Shown here: positions 40,630 to 54,457 of the stretch, in pieces | How positions within the stretch are numbered: position 1 is the first letter of the stretch | How the letters are laid out: each line of letters opens with the position of its first letter | Source of the DNA: Octopus vulgaris | Taxonomy: Eukaryota | Reading direction: 5' to 3' | Assembly (NCBI GenBank): GCA_951406725.2 | Contig: OX597830.1 | Coordinates: forward strand, 69,378,001-69,442,000 | DNA length: 64,000 bases | Translations under genes and position numbers: made by a program | Notes under the pieces: generated by a model | The model's input: only the letters and a program-made list of their open reading frames with translations | Told to the model about the DNA's origin: nothing | Database searches by the model: none

Positions 40630-42061
40630 TCATCATCATCATCATCGTTTAACGTCCGTTTTCCGCGCTAGCACGGGTTGGACGGTTCGACCGGGGTCTG
40701 GGGAGCCAGGGCTGCCCCAGGCTCCAGTCTGATCTGGCAGTGTTTCTACAGCTGGATGCCCTTCCTAACGCCAACCACTCCGCGAGTGTAGTGGGTGCTT
40801 TTTACGTGCCACATGCACAGGTGCCAGAGGGGTCTGGCATCGGCCACGATCGGTTGGTGCCTTTTTATGTACCACCGGCACAGAAGCCAGTCAAGGTGGA
40901 GCTGGCATCGGCCACATTCGGATGGTGCTTTTTATGTGCCACCGGCACAGAAGCCAGTCAAGGCGGTGCTGGCATCGGCCACATTCGGATGGTGCTTTAT
41001 ATGTGCTACAGGCACAGAAGCCATTCGAAGCGGGGTTGGCATCGGTCACGTTCAGATGGTGCTTTTTATGTGCCACCAGCACAGAAGCCAGTGGAGGCTG
41101 CACTGGCAACGGTCACGTTCGGATGGTGCTTTTTATGTGTCACCGGCACAGGTATCACAGCTACTCTTTCTATTGATATTTGGTTCGATGTTCATGTACA
41201 TGCACTTGACTCAACAGGTCTCCTCAAGCACAGCGAGATGTTCCGGGATCCCACGATCGGTTGGTGCTTTTTATGTGCCACCGGCACAGAAGCCAGTCGA
41301 GGCGGTGCTGGCGTCGGCCACGTTCAGATGGTGCTTTTTATGTGTCACCGGTACAGAAGCCAGTCGGGGCGGTGCTGGCATCGGCCACGTTCGGATGGTG
41401 CTTTCTATGTGCCACCGGTACAGAAGCCAGTGGAGGCTGCACTGGCAATGGCCACGTTCGGATGGGGCTTTTTATGTGTCACTGGCACAGGTATCACAAC
41501 TACTGTTTCCATTGATATTTGGTTCGATCAGTTGGGGCGACACTGGCAATGGCCACGTTCGGATGGTGCTTTTTATGTGCCACCGTACAGAAGCCAGTTG
41601 GGGCGGCGCTGGCTGGCATCGGCCACGTTCGGATGGAGCTTTTTATGTGCCACCGGCACAGGAGCCAGTCGGGGCGGCGCTGGCATCGGCCATGTTCGGA
41701 TGGTGCTTTTTATGTGCCACCGACACAGGAACCAGTCGGGGTGGAGCTGGCATCGGCCACGTTCGGATGGTGCTTTTTATGTGCCACCGGCACAGGTATC
41801 ACAACTACTATTTCCATTGATATTTATATTTATTTCGATGTTCATGTTCATGTACTTGACTCAACAGGTTTCCTCAAGCACAGCGAGATGATCCGGGATC
41901 CAGGGTACTTTGAAATGGGCAGGGGGCTATGCAGGACTGGTGCAGGAAGCAGCACGGGTCTTTGCAATCACAGCATATCTCCAGAGATCTCGGTCCTTCG
42001 CCATTGCCTCAGTGAGGCCCAACGCTCTGAGGTCATGCTTGACTATCTCATCCCATGTCTT

Positions 42062-42063
<2 letters not shown>
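40627..42063 (-). mobile_element. RTE 3' end with an expanded 67-bp tandem array
   Basis: RKTWDEIVKHDLRALGLTEAM ORF tip at ~41930-42063, then about a dozen GGCATCGGCCACGTTCGGATGGTGCTTTTTATGTGCCACCGGCACAG units and a (GAT)n tail. Confidence 0.9.
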
Positions 42064-42103
<40 letters not shown>

Positions 42104-42263
42104 TAGACTAGGGTGCATCCTATACACTCTTGTGGCTTATAGGCCATCAAATACGGTATATTATCATGTTTAGGCAATAGCAAAACATGAATAGACTGAC
42201 ATATTTTTGTAAAAGAAACATACACACACAAACATACTCACATGCACACAAACACACATATAC

Positions 42264-42314
<51 letters not shown>

Positions 42315-43216
42315 AAGAGAGAGAGATATACATATGTATATTTTTTATTCTCTATTTGTAGATTTTTATATAGAACAATAGGTTTCATGTTTCGGAATTT
42401 GCAATTTTCAAATGTTTGACATATATAAAGATGGTAAGACCATGCTCATCTTGGAATTGGCTATGGTCTTATGGAGCATTTGAAAATGTTGAATTACTAA
42501 CCATGAGACCTGTGGTTTTGAAGAAAATCCACAAATACAGGAAGTATTTATCCAGCTATGTGGTGTTGAGGATTCGTTCTCACTAATCACCACTATTATA
42601 TACATACATATGCATGTATTGTATGTATACGTATATACACAATACTCTACACATCCATACACTTGTACACAATGTAATGAAAAGGAATGACATCATACAA
42701 TTATGTGGCTTGTAGTTAGTTCTATATTATGATAATCTGTATGTAAGGTTTGGATTTTTTTTTTCTTCATGCGAGTGCCGAAATAATTGTAATGGGTGCA
42801 TTCAAAATAGAAGTTTCGTTTGAAGTAAAGTGGTTTCTTTCTATAGACCTTTCTGAAAACCTTTTGAATATGTTGAGATGAATTAAGACAAACATAAATG
42901 AAATGGGTTTGTACTTATAAATATATTCACTCAAATGAGTTCATATACATTGTGAATTACAATAACAAAGGTACTTGGTCAGGTTTTTGCTTCTATTGTA
43001 TTCAACTAAATATTACCTGGCTGTTTGTTATGTCATTTTATTCCGATTGCGTAATGGGCATTTAAATTTGTATGTAATTATATACGTATATATATATAGA
43101 TATTTATGTATGTAATTATGTATTTATGTATGTATATGCATGTTTATGTATGTATGTACATATGTATGTTTATGTATCTATGTACATATGTACACTTATG
43201 TATGTATGTACATACA

Positions 43217-44023
43217 TACTTGGTCAAATCAATAGGTATCCAGAGTGAAACTGCTTGGCACAGACTAACCTTGAACTCTGCTCTGCATGCACACTAAGTT
43301 TTAATGTTCTAGCTCACTTCTGCTGTTCACAGCAATGATTGGAAGGAAGGTGTGTAGCATGTGATCGTTGCATTGACCATGACAGAGAAATTTGAGCAGA
43401 GAATCTGCATCAAATTTTGCCAAAAGGTTAGTGATACCTGCTCAGAGCCCCATGCAAACAGTTTTCATCATACTTGACACAATCAACGAGATCTTGTGCA
43501 ACTGAAACCTGAGTGTTTTTTGGTCAGCTGAAAACAGTTTTGGTCCAAACTTGGTCGACACGAGTCTCATACCCAAATCTTCAGTGATAATGGACTGAAC
43601 TGAACCATAACTAATCTGCACATCTTCTGGTAACTTGCAGATGGTGATTTGACGATTTCTCTTCACAGCTGTATGCAATGTTTTTTCTCAGTTCTGCTGG
43701 TTACGGGTCCCCCAAGACGCTTGTCAATATCAACACTTTTTCAGCCACCTTGGAAATGTCTGAACCATACGTACACTTGTGTGCAGTTCATACACTCCCC
43801 TCCATACACTCTCGGTAACTTTGTGTAGGCTACTGAGCAGGTATCACCATGACAACTTTCTCTGTCATGGTCAGTGTTACAATTACACGCTACACACCTT
43901 CCTTCCGAGCACTGCTGTAAACAGCAGAAGTGAGCTAGACCATTAAAACTTAGCTTTGCTGTGTGTGTGCTTTAACTTTGTTACTATGGCAATAGTCCTG
44001 ATACTTATTGATCAGACCTCGTT
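43217..44023. mobile_element. mariner derivative made of two inverted 5' ends, with a transposase HTH remnant
   Basis: Plus strand: TIR...MTEKFEQRICIKFCQK. Minus strand: TIR...QVYVWFRHFQGG...NRQITI..L.EDVQISYGSVQSIITEDLGMRLVSTKFGPKL (WVPxxL-like motif). Confidence 0.85.
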
Positions 44024-44105
44024 CTTATTTATGCAAGTATGTACGGATGTATTCATGTATGTACATTCATATGTAAGTTGATATATATGTACGTATTTGT
44101 GTGTG

Positions 44106-44136
<31 letters not shown>

Positions 44137-44364
44137 ATGGTCCCCCCACCATTGTTCGACAGCTAGTTTTGGTTTCTTTTCATCGTTGTAGGTTAGATAG
44201 GCGTAGGAGTGGCTGTGTGGTAAGTAGCTTGCTTACCAACCACAGGGTTCCGGGTTCAGTCCCACTGCGTGGCATCTTGGGCAAGTGTCTTCTGCTATAG
44301 CCTCGGGCCAACCGAAGCCTTATGAGTGGATTTGGTAGATGGAAACTGAAAGAATTTCGTCGTA

Positions 44365-44427
<63 letters not shown>

Positions 44428-45122
44428 TTGCATATTATTGTGTCTGTGTTTGTCCCCCCAACAACATCGCTTGACAACCGATGCTGGTGTGTTTACATCC
44501 CCATAACTTAGCGGTTCGGCAAAAAGAGACCGATACAATAAGTCTCGTGCTCCAGCATGGCCACAGTCAAATGACTGAAACAAGTAAAGAGAGTGTAAAG
44601 AGTTAGCAGTTCAGCTAAAGAGACTGATAGAATAAGTACTGTACTTAAAAGAATAAAAGGGACTGGGATTGATTTTTTTTCAACTATCCCTTTAAGAAGG
44701 TGTCCCAGCATGGCTGTAGTCCAATGACTGAAGCAAGTAACAGATAAAGAAATAAGATTTTATCAGCCACTCCCAGGCACAACAACGGAATCCTTCAAAG
44801 CCATAAATGATGTCATGATCATTAGTCATAAAGATGGACCCAGCAATGATAATGAAAGCTATAGTGCGGAACAAATGTCTTCTACTATACAAGCAAACAG
44901 CTGGTCTGAGATTTAATAGTGATTGATGTGAGTTTAGTATTTCATTCCATTCTCTGGTAAACCTGAAGGAAATGAAGAAGCACAAGGTCAAATTTTAGTG
45001 AGCTTTGTTGTTGTTGTTGTGGCTAATGAAAATAGTTAACTTTCCATTCTTGAGCTACCTGTTTACAACTAGCTGAAATGTGCCAAATGAAAGTGGATTG
45101 TCTTGACTAAAAGTACACTTAG

Positions 45123-45167
<45 letters not shown>

Positions 45168-47002
45168 CACAGATAAACACATACTCAGACACACACATAC
45201 ATCCCATCATCTTTGGGTTGCCAAAGGTGATCAAAGAATATGCTGATCAGAATATTATGCCAAATATAAATGAAATATAACTTTAATGATCCAATCAATT
45301 CTGACTATAGAATGGATATGACTGGTTGCTTTAGCAAACGTATTTGTCAGCAACATGTGTAGATTAGACATGTTATATGCCAAATATTTTGACATATTAT
45401 TCCTTACATCTATCACTCACGTATACATACATACAGACAGACATACATGTAATTTTTTTCCATTTCGATTAAAACAATATAACATTTTATAGAGATAATC
45501 TTTCTATAGTCAAATATAGTACAGGACATTTTATACCTCAACGACGACGACAACAACATCATATTTTCTATATGAGTGTGTATGCACTTGTCAGTGCATG
45601 TGTGTGAGTGTATGAATGTATATGTGTCTGTTAGTGTGTGTGTGTTTCTGTGTTTGATGACATTGTCACATTTTGTATATGAATGTCTATATGTCTGTGA
45701 GTGTGTGTGTATGTGTATGAGTGTGTGTGTGTGTTTCCACATTAAGAACGTTATTCAACACACACACACATCTACACATACATATACATATGTGACGTCT
45801 GACATGTGTGAATGTATGTGTCTGTGCGTCTCTCTTATTCTATAGTATTACACCCCATGACTGTCAATATATAATATTTTTTTCATTTCCATTAAAACAC
45901 TGTAACTTTTCATAGACATAATCTTCCTATAGTCAACTATAGTACAGGACATTTTATATGAGTGTGTATGCGTTTCTAAGTGTATGTATGTGGGTGTATG
46001 AGTGTGTATGTCTCTGTGACTGTGTGTTTGTTTCTGCGTTAGGCACATTATTAAACACACATTCACATCTACATATACATATACATGTGTGACAACTGAC
46101 ATGTGTGAATGTATGTCAGTGTATGTCTCTCTTGCTATATGCATGTGACTGCATTTGAGAGTGTATGTGTGTGTATTGTCACACTTTGTATATGAATGTG
46201 TATGTGTCTGTGGGTGTGTGGGTATTTGTGCATTCATTATGTACATTATTAAACACACACATCTGCACATACATATACATATGTGACAAGAATGGCTGAA
46301 GGTGACACTCTTGACAAAAAACAATTCAGTGGCACGTCCAAGGTATATTTAAATACACATCTACCATTCAATTACAAGTGCATAATTATCGCAGCAGTTG
46401 CAAGGCTGGGACACATTTACAATTTGCTTACATTTGGTTAATTTACACTGCATATAAAATACAGACATACTATATACATACCACAGCTTACAAAAATAGA
46501 GATTAATGTATATTTTTATGTTCATAATTTTTTGTTTATAAAATCAAAGTCAAAATCAAAATCGATCAACATCAATGGAAATTGCAGCTGTGATACCAGT
46601 GCTGGTGGTACATAAGAGAACCATCCAAACATGGCTGTTGCCAGCGCTGCCCTGACTGACCTCGTGCTGATGGCACGTAAAAAGCACCATCCGATCGTGG
46701 CCATTTGCCAGCCTTGCCTGGCCCCCGTGCTGGTGGCACGTAAAAAGCACCATCCGACTGTGGCTGTTTGCCAGCACCGTCTGGGACCTGTGCCGGTGGC
46801 ACGTAAAAAGCACTCACTACACTCACGGAGTGGTTGGCGTTAGAAAGGGCATCCAGCCGTAGAAGCATTGCCAAATCAGACTGGGCCTGGTGCAGCCTTC
46901 TGGCTTCCCAGACCCCAGTTGAACCATCCAACCCATACTAGCATGGAAAGCGGACGCTAAATGATGATGGTGATGATGATGATGAATATTGAAGAAAAAA
47001 AT

Positions 47003-47452
47003 ATGCTACCAAAGAAAAATAGTATTCTCTCCTGAAACACCTATCAAACAAGGAGGATTGCAGAAAGCCGAAGGCAAGAGTCTCAAGAGATAAGGGACAT
47101 GAGACTTTCTCAAGATCAGCAAAGGCACGCTGCTGCATGTCTGATGGAGTCTCATGATAGAAGAGAGATGAGACTTTCCCAAGATCAGAAAACACATACG
47201 GCAATACTTAATGCTGGATCATTTAAAACAATGTTTAGCACACCAGATTACACAGAGGTCCAATACAATAGCTCTCAGAAACAGACCATGTACAAATTCG
47301 TTCTTCACAACTCCTGGAGCTGCTTTCAGATAGGATCCATCCCATTCTCATAAAAATGATAATTCTGTCCAAATTGGTGTGCTAAACTCAAATTGTCATT
47401 TTTGCAAATCTTTAAAATTTACACCGAAAATATTTAGTTGTTATTGCTGCAG
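47003..47452 (+). pseudogene. Helitron Rep-Hel N-terminal fragment
   Basis: MLPKKNSILS*...ES.E.R.MRLSQDQ.RH repeats...AAFR*DP...VQIGVLNSNCHFCKSLKF......CC, matching the Helitron N-terminal Zn-finger pattern. Confidence 0.78.
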
Positions 47453-47595
47453 TTTCCCATATCACCTGTTTCAACATTACTGTAATATATATATATATAT
47501 ATATATATAGTTGGAATTTACAAAAAAAAAGACGAAGACAGGGGTATAAACAACAAACAGGTGTATTAGTTTAACACTTGGGAAGGTGAGAAAGT

Positions 47596-47631
47596 CTTTT
47601 ATGTTTTGAGCCTACACTCTTCAACAGAAAG
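47596..47631 (-). ncRNA. Degenerate hammerhead-like motif in a TA-embedded repeat (47510-47660)
   Basis: CTTT-CTGTTGA-A-GAGT(GTAG)GCTC-AAAAC-ATA|AAAG; needs CpG reversion to GAAACGTA and has a non-canonical core. Confidence 0.3.
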
Positions 47632-47719
47632 GAACACGAGAAAATAAACTGAGAGAGAATATATATATATATTTTAATATTTTTAATTTTTATTATTTTA
47701 TTTTATAATTTTTTTATAT

Positions 47720-47758
<39 letters not shown>

Positions 47759-48455
47759 TGTATGTAAGCATATGGATATGATAATAAACAGATCAACATA
47801 CAGAGAGATGGGTACATAGGTTGTAAGAACAGACAAGCACACATACGAAAATGGAGACTGACACACATGATCATATATATATATATACACACACACACTT
47901 TACTCCACACAAGGACACATATGGAGACACGGATCCACACATATAGAGATGCACATCCATACATACAAACATGGTACATAGTTGCATAACACACACACAC
48001 ACACACACACAAAGGCAAACACACAAAGAGACAAAGGTGCATACATATACAAACACACACTCACACACACATACATAGAAAATACACAAACACGGACATG
48101 CAAGCACATGAACATACAGGATAAATACATACATACAGATGCACACACACACATATATACATACATACACATACATACAAACGTACATGCATGCATGCAT
48201 AGGCACAAACACACACTGGCCCACACACATGCGCACAAACAAACAAAAAGGAACACAGTGTAAATAACGGACAGAGTCAGGACTATTGAAAAGGCTGCAA
48301 GACGAAACGAAAATTTTAGGAAAATAAAAATAAGAAATAAGTGGAAATTTTACCGGTGAGTGTGTTAAATTATAAGGCACAAAAAGAAAATGACTCTCCC
48401 CAGACACAACAGAATATATATAATATATATTTATAATATAATATAATATATTATT

Positions 48456-48488
<33 letters not shown>

Positions 48489-48498
48489 TTATAATGTA

Positions 48499-48549
<51 letters not shown>

Positions 48550-48789
48550 ATGATATATTATATTATATATATACAATAGGATATATATTGGCTGTGTGGT
48601 TAGGGAGCTTGCTTCCTAGCTACATGGTTTCAGGTTCAGTCCCACTGCATGGCACTTTGGGTAGGTGTCTTCCACTATAGCCCCGAGCCGACCGGAGCTT
48701 TGTGATTGAATTCGGTAGATGGAAATTACTGCCGTGTGTGTATGTGTGCGTATAGCTGCTCAGTGCCTCTCTGAAAGAGAGAGAGAGGG

Positions 48790-48838
<49 letters not shown>

Positions 48839-48843
48839 GAAGG

Positions 48844-48894
48844 AGCTTCTACAGGACTAGAACTGTTTCATTCAAGAGAAATCTTCAGGAAGCT
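48844..48894 (-). ncRNA. Type I hammerhead ribozyme (left-arm copy)
   Basis: Exact reverse complement of 53485-53535. Confidence 0.75.
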
Positions 48895-49508
48895 AGTTAA
48901 CAAGAATTGTATTGGCATTTATACATTTAGGCAGGTTTAAAGGGGTGTTGGTGGGGGACTTTTTGGGGGTAGGCATAGCGCAAAATATCATACTTGGGGG
49001 AGCGGTCAAGGAGTCAGTGTTAAATTAGATAGAATAATAAATAAAAAATAAAAAAAATAAAAATATATATATATATATATATATTTATAAAAAAAAGGGG
49101 GGAATAGAGTTTTAGGTAAATAAGGAGATTCTCACTTATACCTATGCACATATGTATACATATATACACACGCATACAAACATATATACATATACATACA
49201 CACATACATACACACACATATATATATACATATATATACACTTACACATACATATACATATCTACACATACACATATATGTATACATACACACACTCACA
49301 TGCATACACGTATACACACATGTATATATACACACACACGACCACACATACATATACACACAGAAAAATATATATACACATACACACACATACTCACATA
49401 CATGCATACACACACAAATCCACACACACACATGCACACACAGCACACTAGTCCCTATATACACATATATACACATACACACATATATACACACACATAC
49501 ATATACAT

Positions 49509-49568
<60 letters not shown>

Positions 49569-50704
49569 GTGTACCTATGCATACCTACACATACACACAT
49601 ATATATATACACATACAAATACAGACCCATCCCCTAATTTTAATTTTATTATCTTCGTTTATTACTTTTGTTATCTTTGGCCGCTTGGTCACAAACATCT
49701 TGGCTATGACAGCCAGTCCATTTATCTGTCTACTGGAAAACAAGCACTCATTCACTCACACACACTCTTTAGCATGTACACTCACTCATTCGTACACTCA
49801 TACACATACACGCACGCACGCGTTATATTCATACATACATACATCTACATACATTCACGTATATACACATACGTACGCGTACCTACAGATTCATGTCTAC
49901 ACTCTTAGAAGGCTAGTCTATACATATACACCATGAGACTGAGATTTTGTTAAGGAGTCAGAACACTCCCCAAATTGTATGCATAATAAGTATGCGAACT
50001 ACAAGAACTATAGACCTACCTGGCAACCAGATTGATGAAACCCCACCCACAAAACCCCCCCAATCCCACCGTTCCCCTAGCACCCCCCCCGATTACCTTT
50101 TCTCCTAAGACCTTTCACATATTGTATGTGCACGCTTGTATATGTGTATCGTATATATGTATAGAAATGTATGGGTATAGTAGGATTATACGCATGTATT
50201 ATGTGTGTGTGTGCGTGTATGTATGTAAAAAAATATATATATGTGTATATATATATATATATGTATGTGCGTGTGTGTGTGTGTGTGTATATATGTATAG
50301 ATGTATGTATGTATATATGTATATATGTGTGTATGCATATGTATGTGTATATGTATGTGTGTATGTATGTGTATGTATGTATAAAATATTATATAATTAG
50401 GGCTTAGTAAAATAAATTACTTTGCCACATACTGAACTTTCTAGAAATAGCAGCCAATAAAGTTTTTTAGCCTCTTCCACTACTTAGAGAATATTTTCCC
50501 TCAGATATTGTTTACTCATAAATATAATGGTCCTTTTACAACTGAATACTTGGTGAAATTGATTAATAACTAATTAACTTTACCCTCAATTGTTGATATA
50601 TGTATGTGTGTGTATATATATGTGTGTGTATGTGTATATGTACATGTATGTATATGTGTATGTATGTATGTATGTATGTATGTATATATATATATATATG
50701 TATG

Positions 50705-50767
<63 letters not shown>

Positions 50768-51047
50768 GTGTATATATGTATATATATATATACATATATG
50801 TATGTGTGTGTGTATATGTGTATTATGTGTGTATATGTTTATATATATGTATATGTATATGTATATGTATGTGTGTGTGTATATGTATATATGTGATATA
50901 TATGAGTGTACGCGAGTATGTCGATGTATATGTAGGTATGTAGAGTTATGTGTATGTGCAGGTATGTGAGTGTAGATACAAATTGTAGATGTGTATATAT
51001 ATGTATGTGTATATATGCATGTATATAGGTATATGTATGTGTGTATA

Positions 51048-51086
<39 letters not shown>

Positions 51087-51173
51087 GTATATGCGAGTAT
51101 GTAGAGATATATGTTTGTGCATGTGTATATATGTGTGTATATATATGTATGGGTATGTGTTTGTGTTTGTATG

Positions 51174-51228
<55 letters not shown>

Positions 51229-51379
51229 ATGTATGCATATACGTATGTATGTATGTATGTACATGTGTATGTATATATGTGTGTAAGTGTGTGTATATAT
51301 GTAAATGTAAGTGTGTGTGCTTGTATGAGAATGTATGTATGTTTGCACACATGTATATATGTGTGTGTATGTGTATATG

Positions 51380-51416
<37 letters not shown>

Positions 51417-51627
51417 GTATATATATGTATGTATATATATGTGTATGTATATATATGTGTATGTGTGTGTGTGTGTATACATGTGTGTATGTGTATGTAT
51501 GTATGTATGTATATATATGCGTGTGTATGTGTATGTGTATATGTACATATACGCGTACGCTCGTGTGTTTATGTATATGTAGGTACGTAGAGTTATCTAT
51601 GTGTGTATTTATATGTACATGTGTAAG

Positions 51628-51662
<35 letters not shown>

Positions 51663-51726
51663 ATGTGTGTAAGTTTATATGTATGTATCCGTCTATATAA
51701 TAGGTAACTGCACGTACATATACTTA

Positions 51727-51768
<42 letters not shown>

Positions 51769-52375
51769 AAGTTTATATGTATGTATCCGTCTATATAATA
51801 GGTAACTGCACGTATATATATTTTACTATTTACTTATTTTTTGAGTATGCATGTAAGTATGAATATAAGGAGGCGCGTGTGTGTGTGTGTATGTGTAAGC
51901 ATAGATATATGTATACTTTTACGCATGGGTGTACTTATGTGTATATATGGACGCGCGCATGTGTGTGTGTGTGTATGGGTACGCATGTACATGTGTATGT
52001 GCGTGTATGAGTATATGAGTATGTATGTATGTGTGTGCGTATATTTGTATATGTATGTATGTATATGTATGTGTGTGTATGAATATATATGTATATATGT
52101 ATATATGTATTTGTATATATATATATATATATATAGATATATATATGCGCGTATATATATGTATGTATGTGGGTGTCTGTATGTGTATAAATGTATGTAT
52201 GTATGGATGTATGGATGTATGTATGTATGTATACGTATGTATGTGTATGTGTGTATATGTATGTATGTGTATGTGTGTATATATGTGTATATATGTGTGT
52301 ATATGTGTATATGTTTGTATGTATGTATGTGTATGTATATATGTGTATATGTATGTGAATATATATATATATATA

Positions 52376-52421
<46 letters not shown>

Positions 52422-52832
52422 GTATTTGTATGTAGGTGTACGTGTATGTGTGTGTATTTTTATTTATTGGTGTATATGTATAGACTAGCCTTCTAAGAGT
52501 GTAGACATGAATCTGTAGGTACGCGTACGTATGTGTATATACGTGAATGTATGTAGATGTATGTATGTATGAATATAACGCGTGCGTGCGTGTATGTGTA
52601 TGAGTGTACGAATGAGTGAGTGTACGTGCTAAAGAGTGTGCGTGAGTGAATGAGTGCTTGTTTTCCAGTAGACAGATAAATGGACTGGCTGTCATAGCCA
52701 AGATGTTTGTAACCAAGCGGCCAAAGATAACAAAAGTAATAAACGAAGATAATAAAATTAAAATTAGGGGATGGGTCTGTATTTGTATGTGTATATATAT
52801 ATGTGTGTATGTGTAGGTATGCATAGGTACAC

Positions 52833-52892
<60 letters not shown>

Positions 52893-53484
52893 ATGTATAT
52901 GTATGTGTGTGTATATATGTGTGTATGTGTATATATGTGTATATAGGGACTAGTGTGCTGTGTGTGCATGTGTGTGTGTGTGGATTTGTGTGTGTATGCG
53001 TGTATGTGAGTATGTGTGTGTATGTGTATATATATTTTTCTGTGTGTATATGTATGTGTGTGTGTGTGTGTGTGTATACGTGTATGCATGTGAGTGTGTG
53101 TATGTATACATATATGTGTATGTGTAGATATGTATATGTATGTGTAAGTGTATATATATGTATATATATATGTGTGTGTATGTATGTGTGTATGTATATG
53201 TATATATGTTTGTATGCGTGTGTATATATGTATACATATGTGCATAGGTATAAGTGAGAATCTCCTTATTTACCTAAAACTCTATTCCCCCCTTTTTTTT
53301 ATATATATATATATATTTTTATTTTTTTTATTTTTTATTTATTCTTCTATCTAATTTAACACTGACTCCTTGACCACTCCCCCAAGTATGATATTTTGCG
53401 CTATGCCTACCCCCAAAAAGACCCCCACCAACACCCCTTTAAACCTGCCTAAATGTATAAATGCCAATACAATTCTTGTTAACT

Positions 53485-53535
53485 AGCTTCCTGAAGATTT
53501 CTCTTGAATGAAACAGTTCTAGTCCTGTAGAAGCT
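53485..53535 (+). ncRNA. Type I hammerhead ribozyme (right-arm copy)
   Basis: AGCTTC-CTGAAGA-TTTC(TCTT)GAAT-GAAACAG(TTCTAGTC)CTGTA|GAAGCT. 6-bp helix I, canonical core, GUA site after 53529, U-U at position 10.1/11.1. Confidence 0.75.
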
Positions 53536-53618
53536 CCTTCTATATAATAAATTAATTTTACTCTGCTATGTATTGAGTACCTTATTTACTGTGGTTAACC
53601 CCGAATCAACCCGGGACC

Positions 53619-53667
<49 letters not shown>

Positions 53668-54457
53668 GAGGCGCAATGGCCTAGTGGTTAGGGCAGCGGA
53701 TAGGATCGCGGTTTCGGTTCTATATTGAGCGAAAACATATCCGGCATCCCTGCTGTACTCTTTATGGCGTGCCCCGCATGCCACAGCTCAAGAGCTGAAA
53801 CTGGAAAAACAAAAAACAAAAATACAGAGAGAGAGAGAGAGATGTTTGTGTGTATGTGTGTGTATGTCTTTGTGTCTGTGTTTGTCTCCCACAACCACTT
53901 GACAACTAGTGCTTGTGTGTTTACATCCCCCATAATCTACAGCAAACAGCACCAACAGAGTAAGCATCACGCTTTAAAGAATATTAAGTTCTGGGCTTAA
54001 TTCATTTGGCTAAAAATTCTCCAAAGCATGGCTGCAGTCTAGTGAGTGAAACAAGTAAAAAATATAAGAAAAAAAGATAAGAAAAATAAACAGAAAACAT
54101 CAACAACAAAATACATTTTGAAAGAATTGTCAAAACACCTTAGTCTAAGTACCAAAACATATTGACTGTTGCCATGATATGACTTCTGTCACCTATTAAG
54201 TACTTCAAAACTGTTATGACTAAGAGCTGTGATAAGTAAAAGAAAATAACGCAAATCAAAAGATAGGAAACTGAAATATCCTTATTGGTGCAAGTTATGT
54301 TCTCTTATAACTCAAGTTGTTAACTCTGTTGATGGAATAAGGGTTGTACTAATTATGCTAATACTAATCCTAATGAGGAAAATTTATCATTTTTTTTTTT
54401 CTTTTTTCTAAGACATTTTCTAAGACCTTTTGACTGACAGATTTAAAAAATAATTTC

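Larger units (their letters stand above)
48831..53548 (+). mobile_element. Penelope-like element remnant with 1.1-kb inverted pseudo-LTR arms
   Basis: Arm 48831-49933 is the reverse complement of 52468-53548. Each outer end carries an HHR, the interior is microsatellite-rich, and a possible ORF tip (NCMHNKYANYKNY) lies at ~49974-50037. Confidence 0.8.

Noticed and set aside
40780-41830. CRISPR-like regular repeats
   Set aside because: Whole units repeat with no unique spacers, there are no cas genes, and the context is a eukaryotic LINE.
40740-41891. 383-aa and 341-aa ORFs
   Set aside because: Antisense read-through of a 67-bp tandem repeat in an RTE 3' UTR; unit length is not a multiple of 3.
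49020-53354. Many 100-300 aa ORFs rich in Y/I/H/T/C/V/M
   Set aside because: Translations of TA/TG/TATG microsatellites, open in several frames on both strands; no protein signal.
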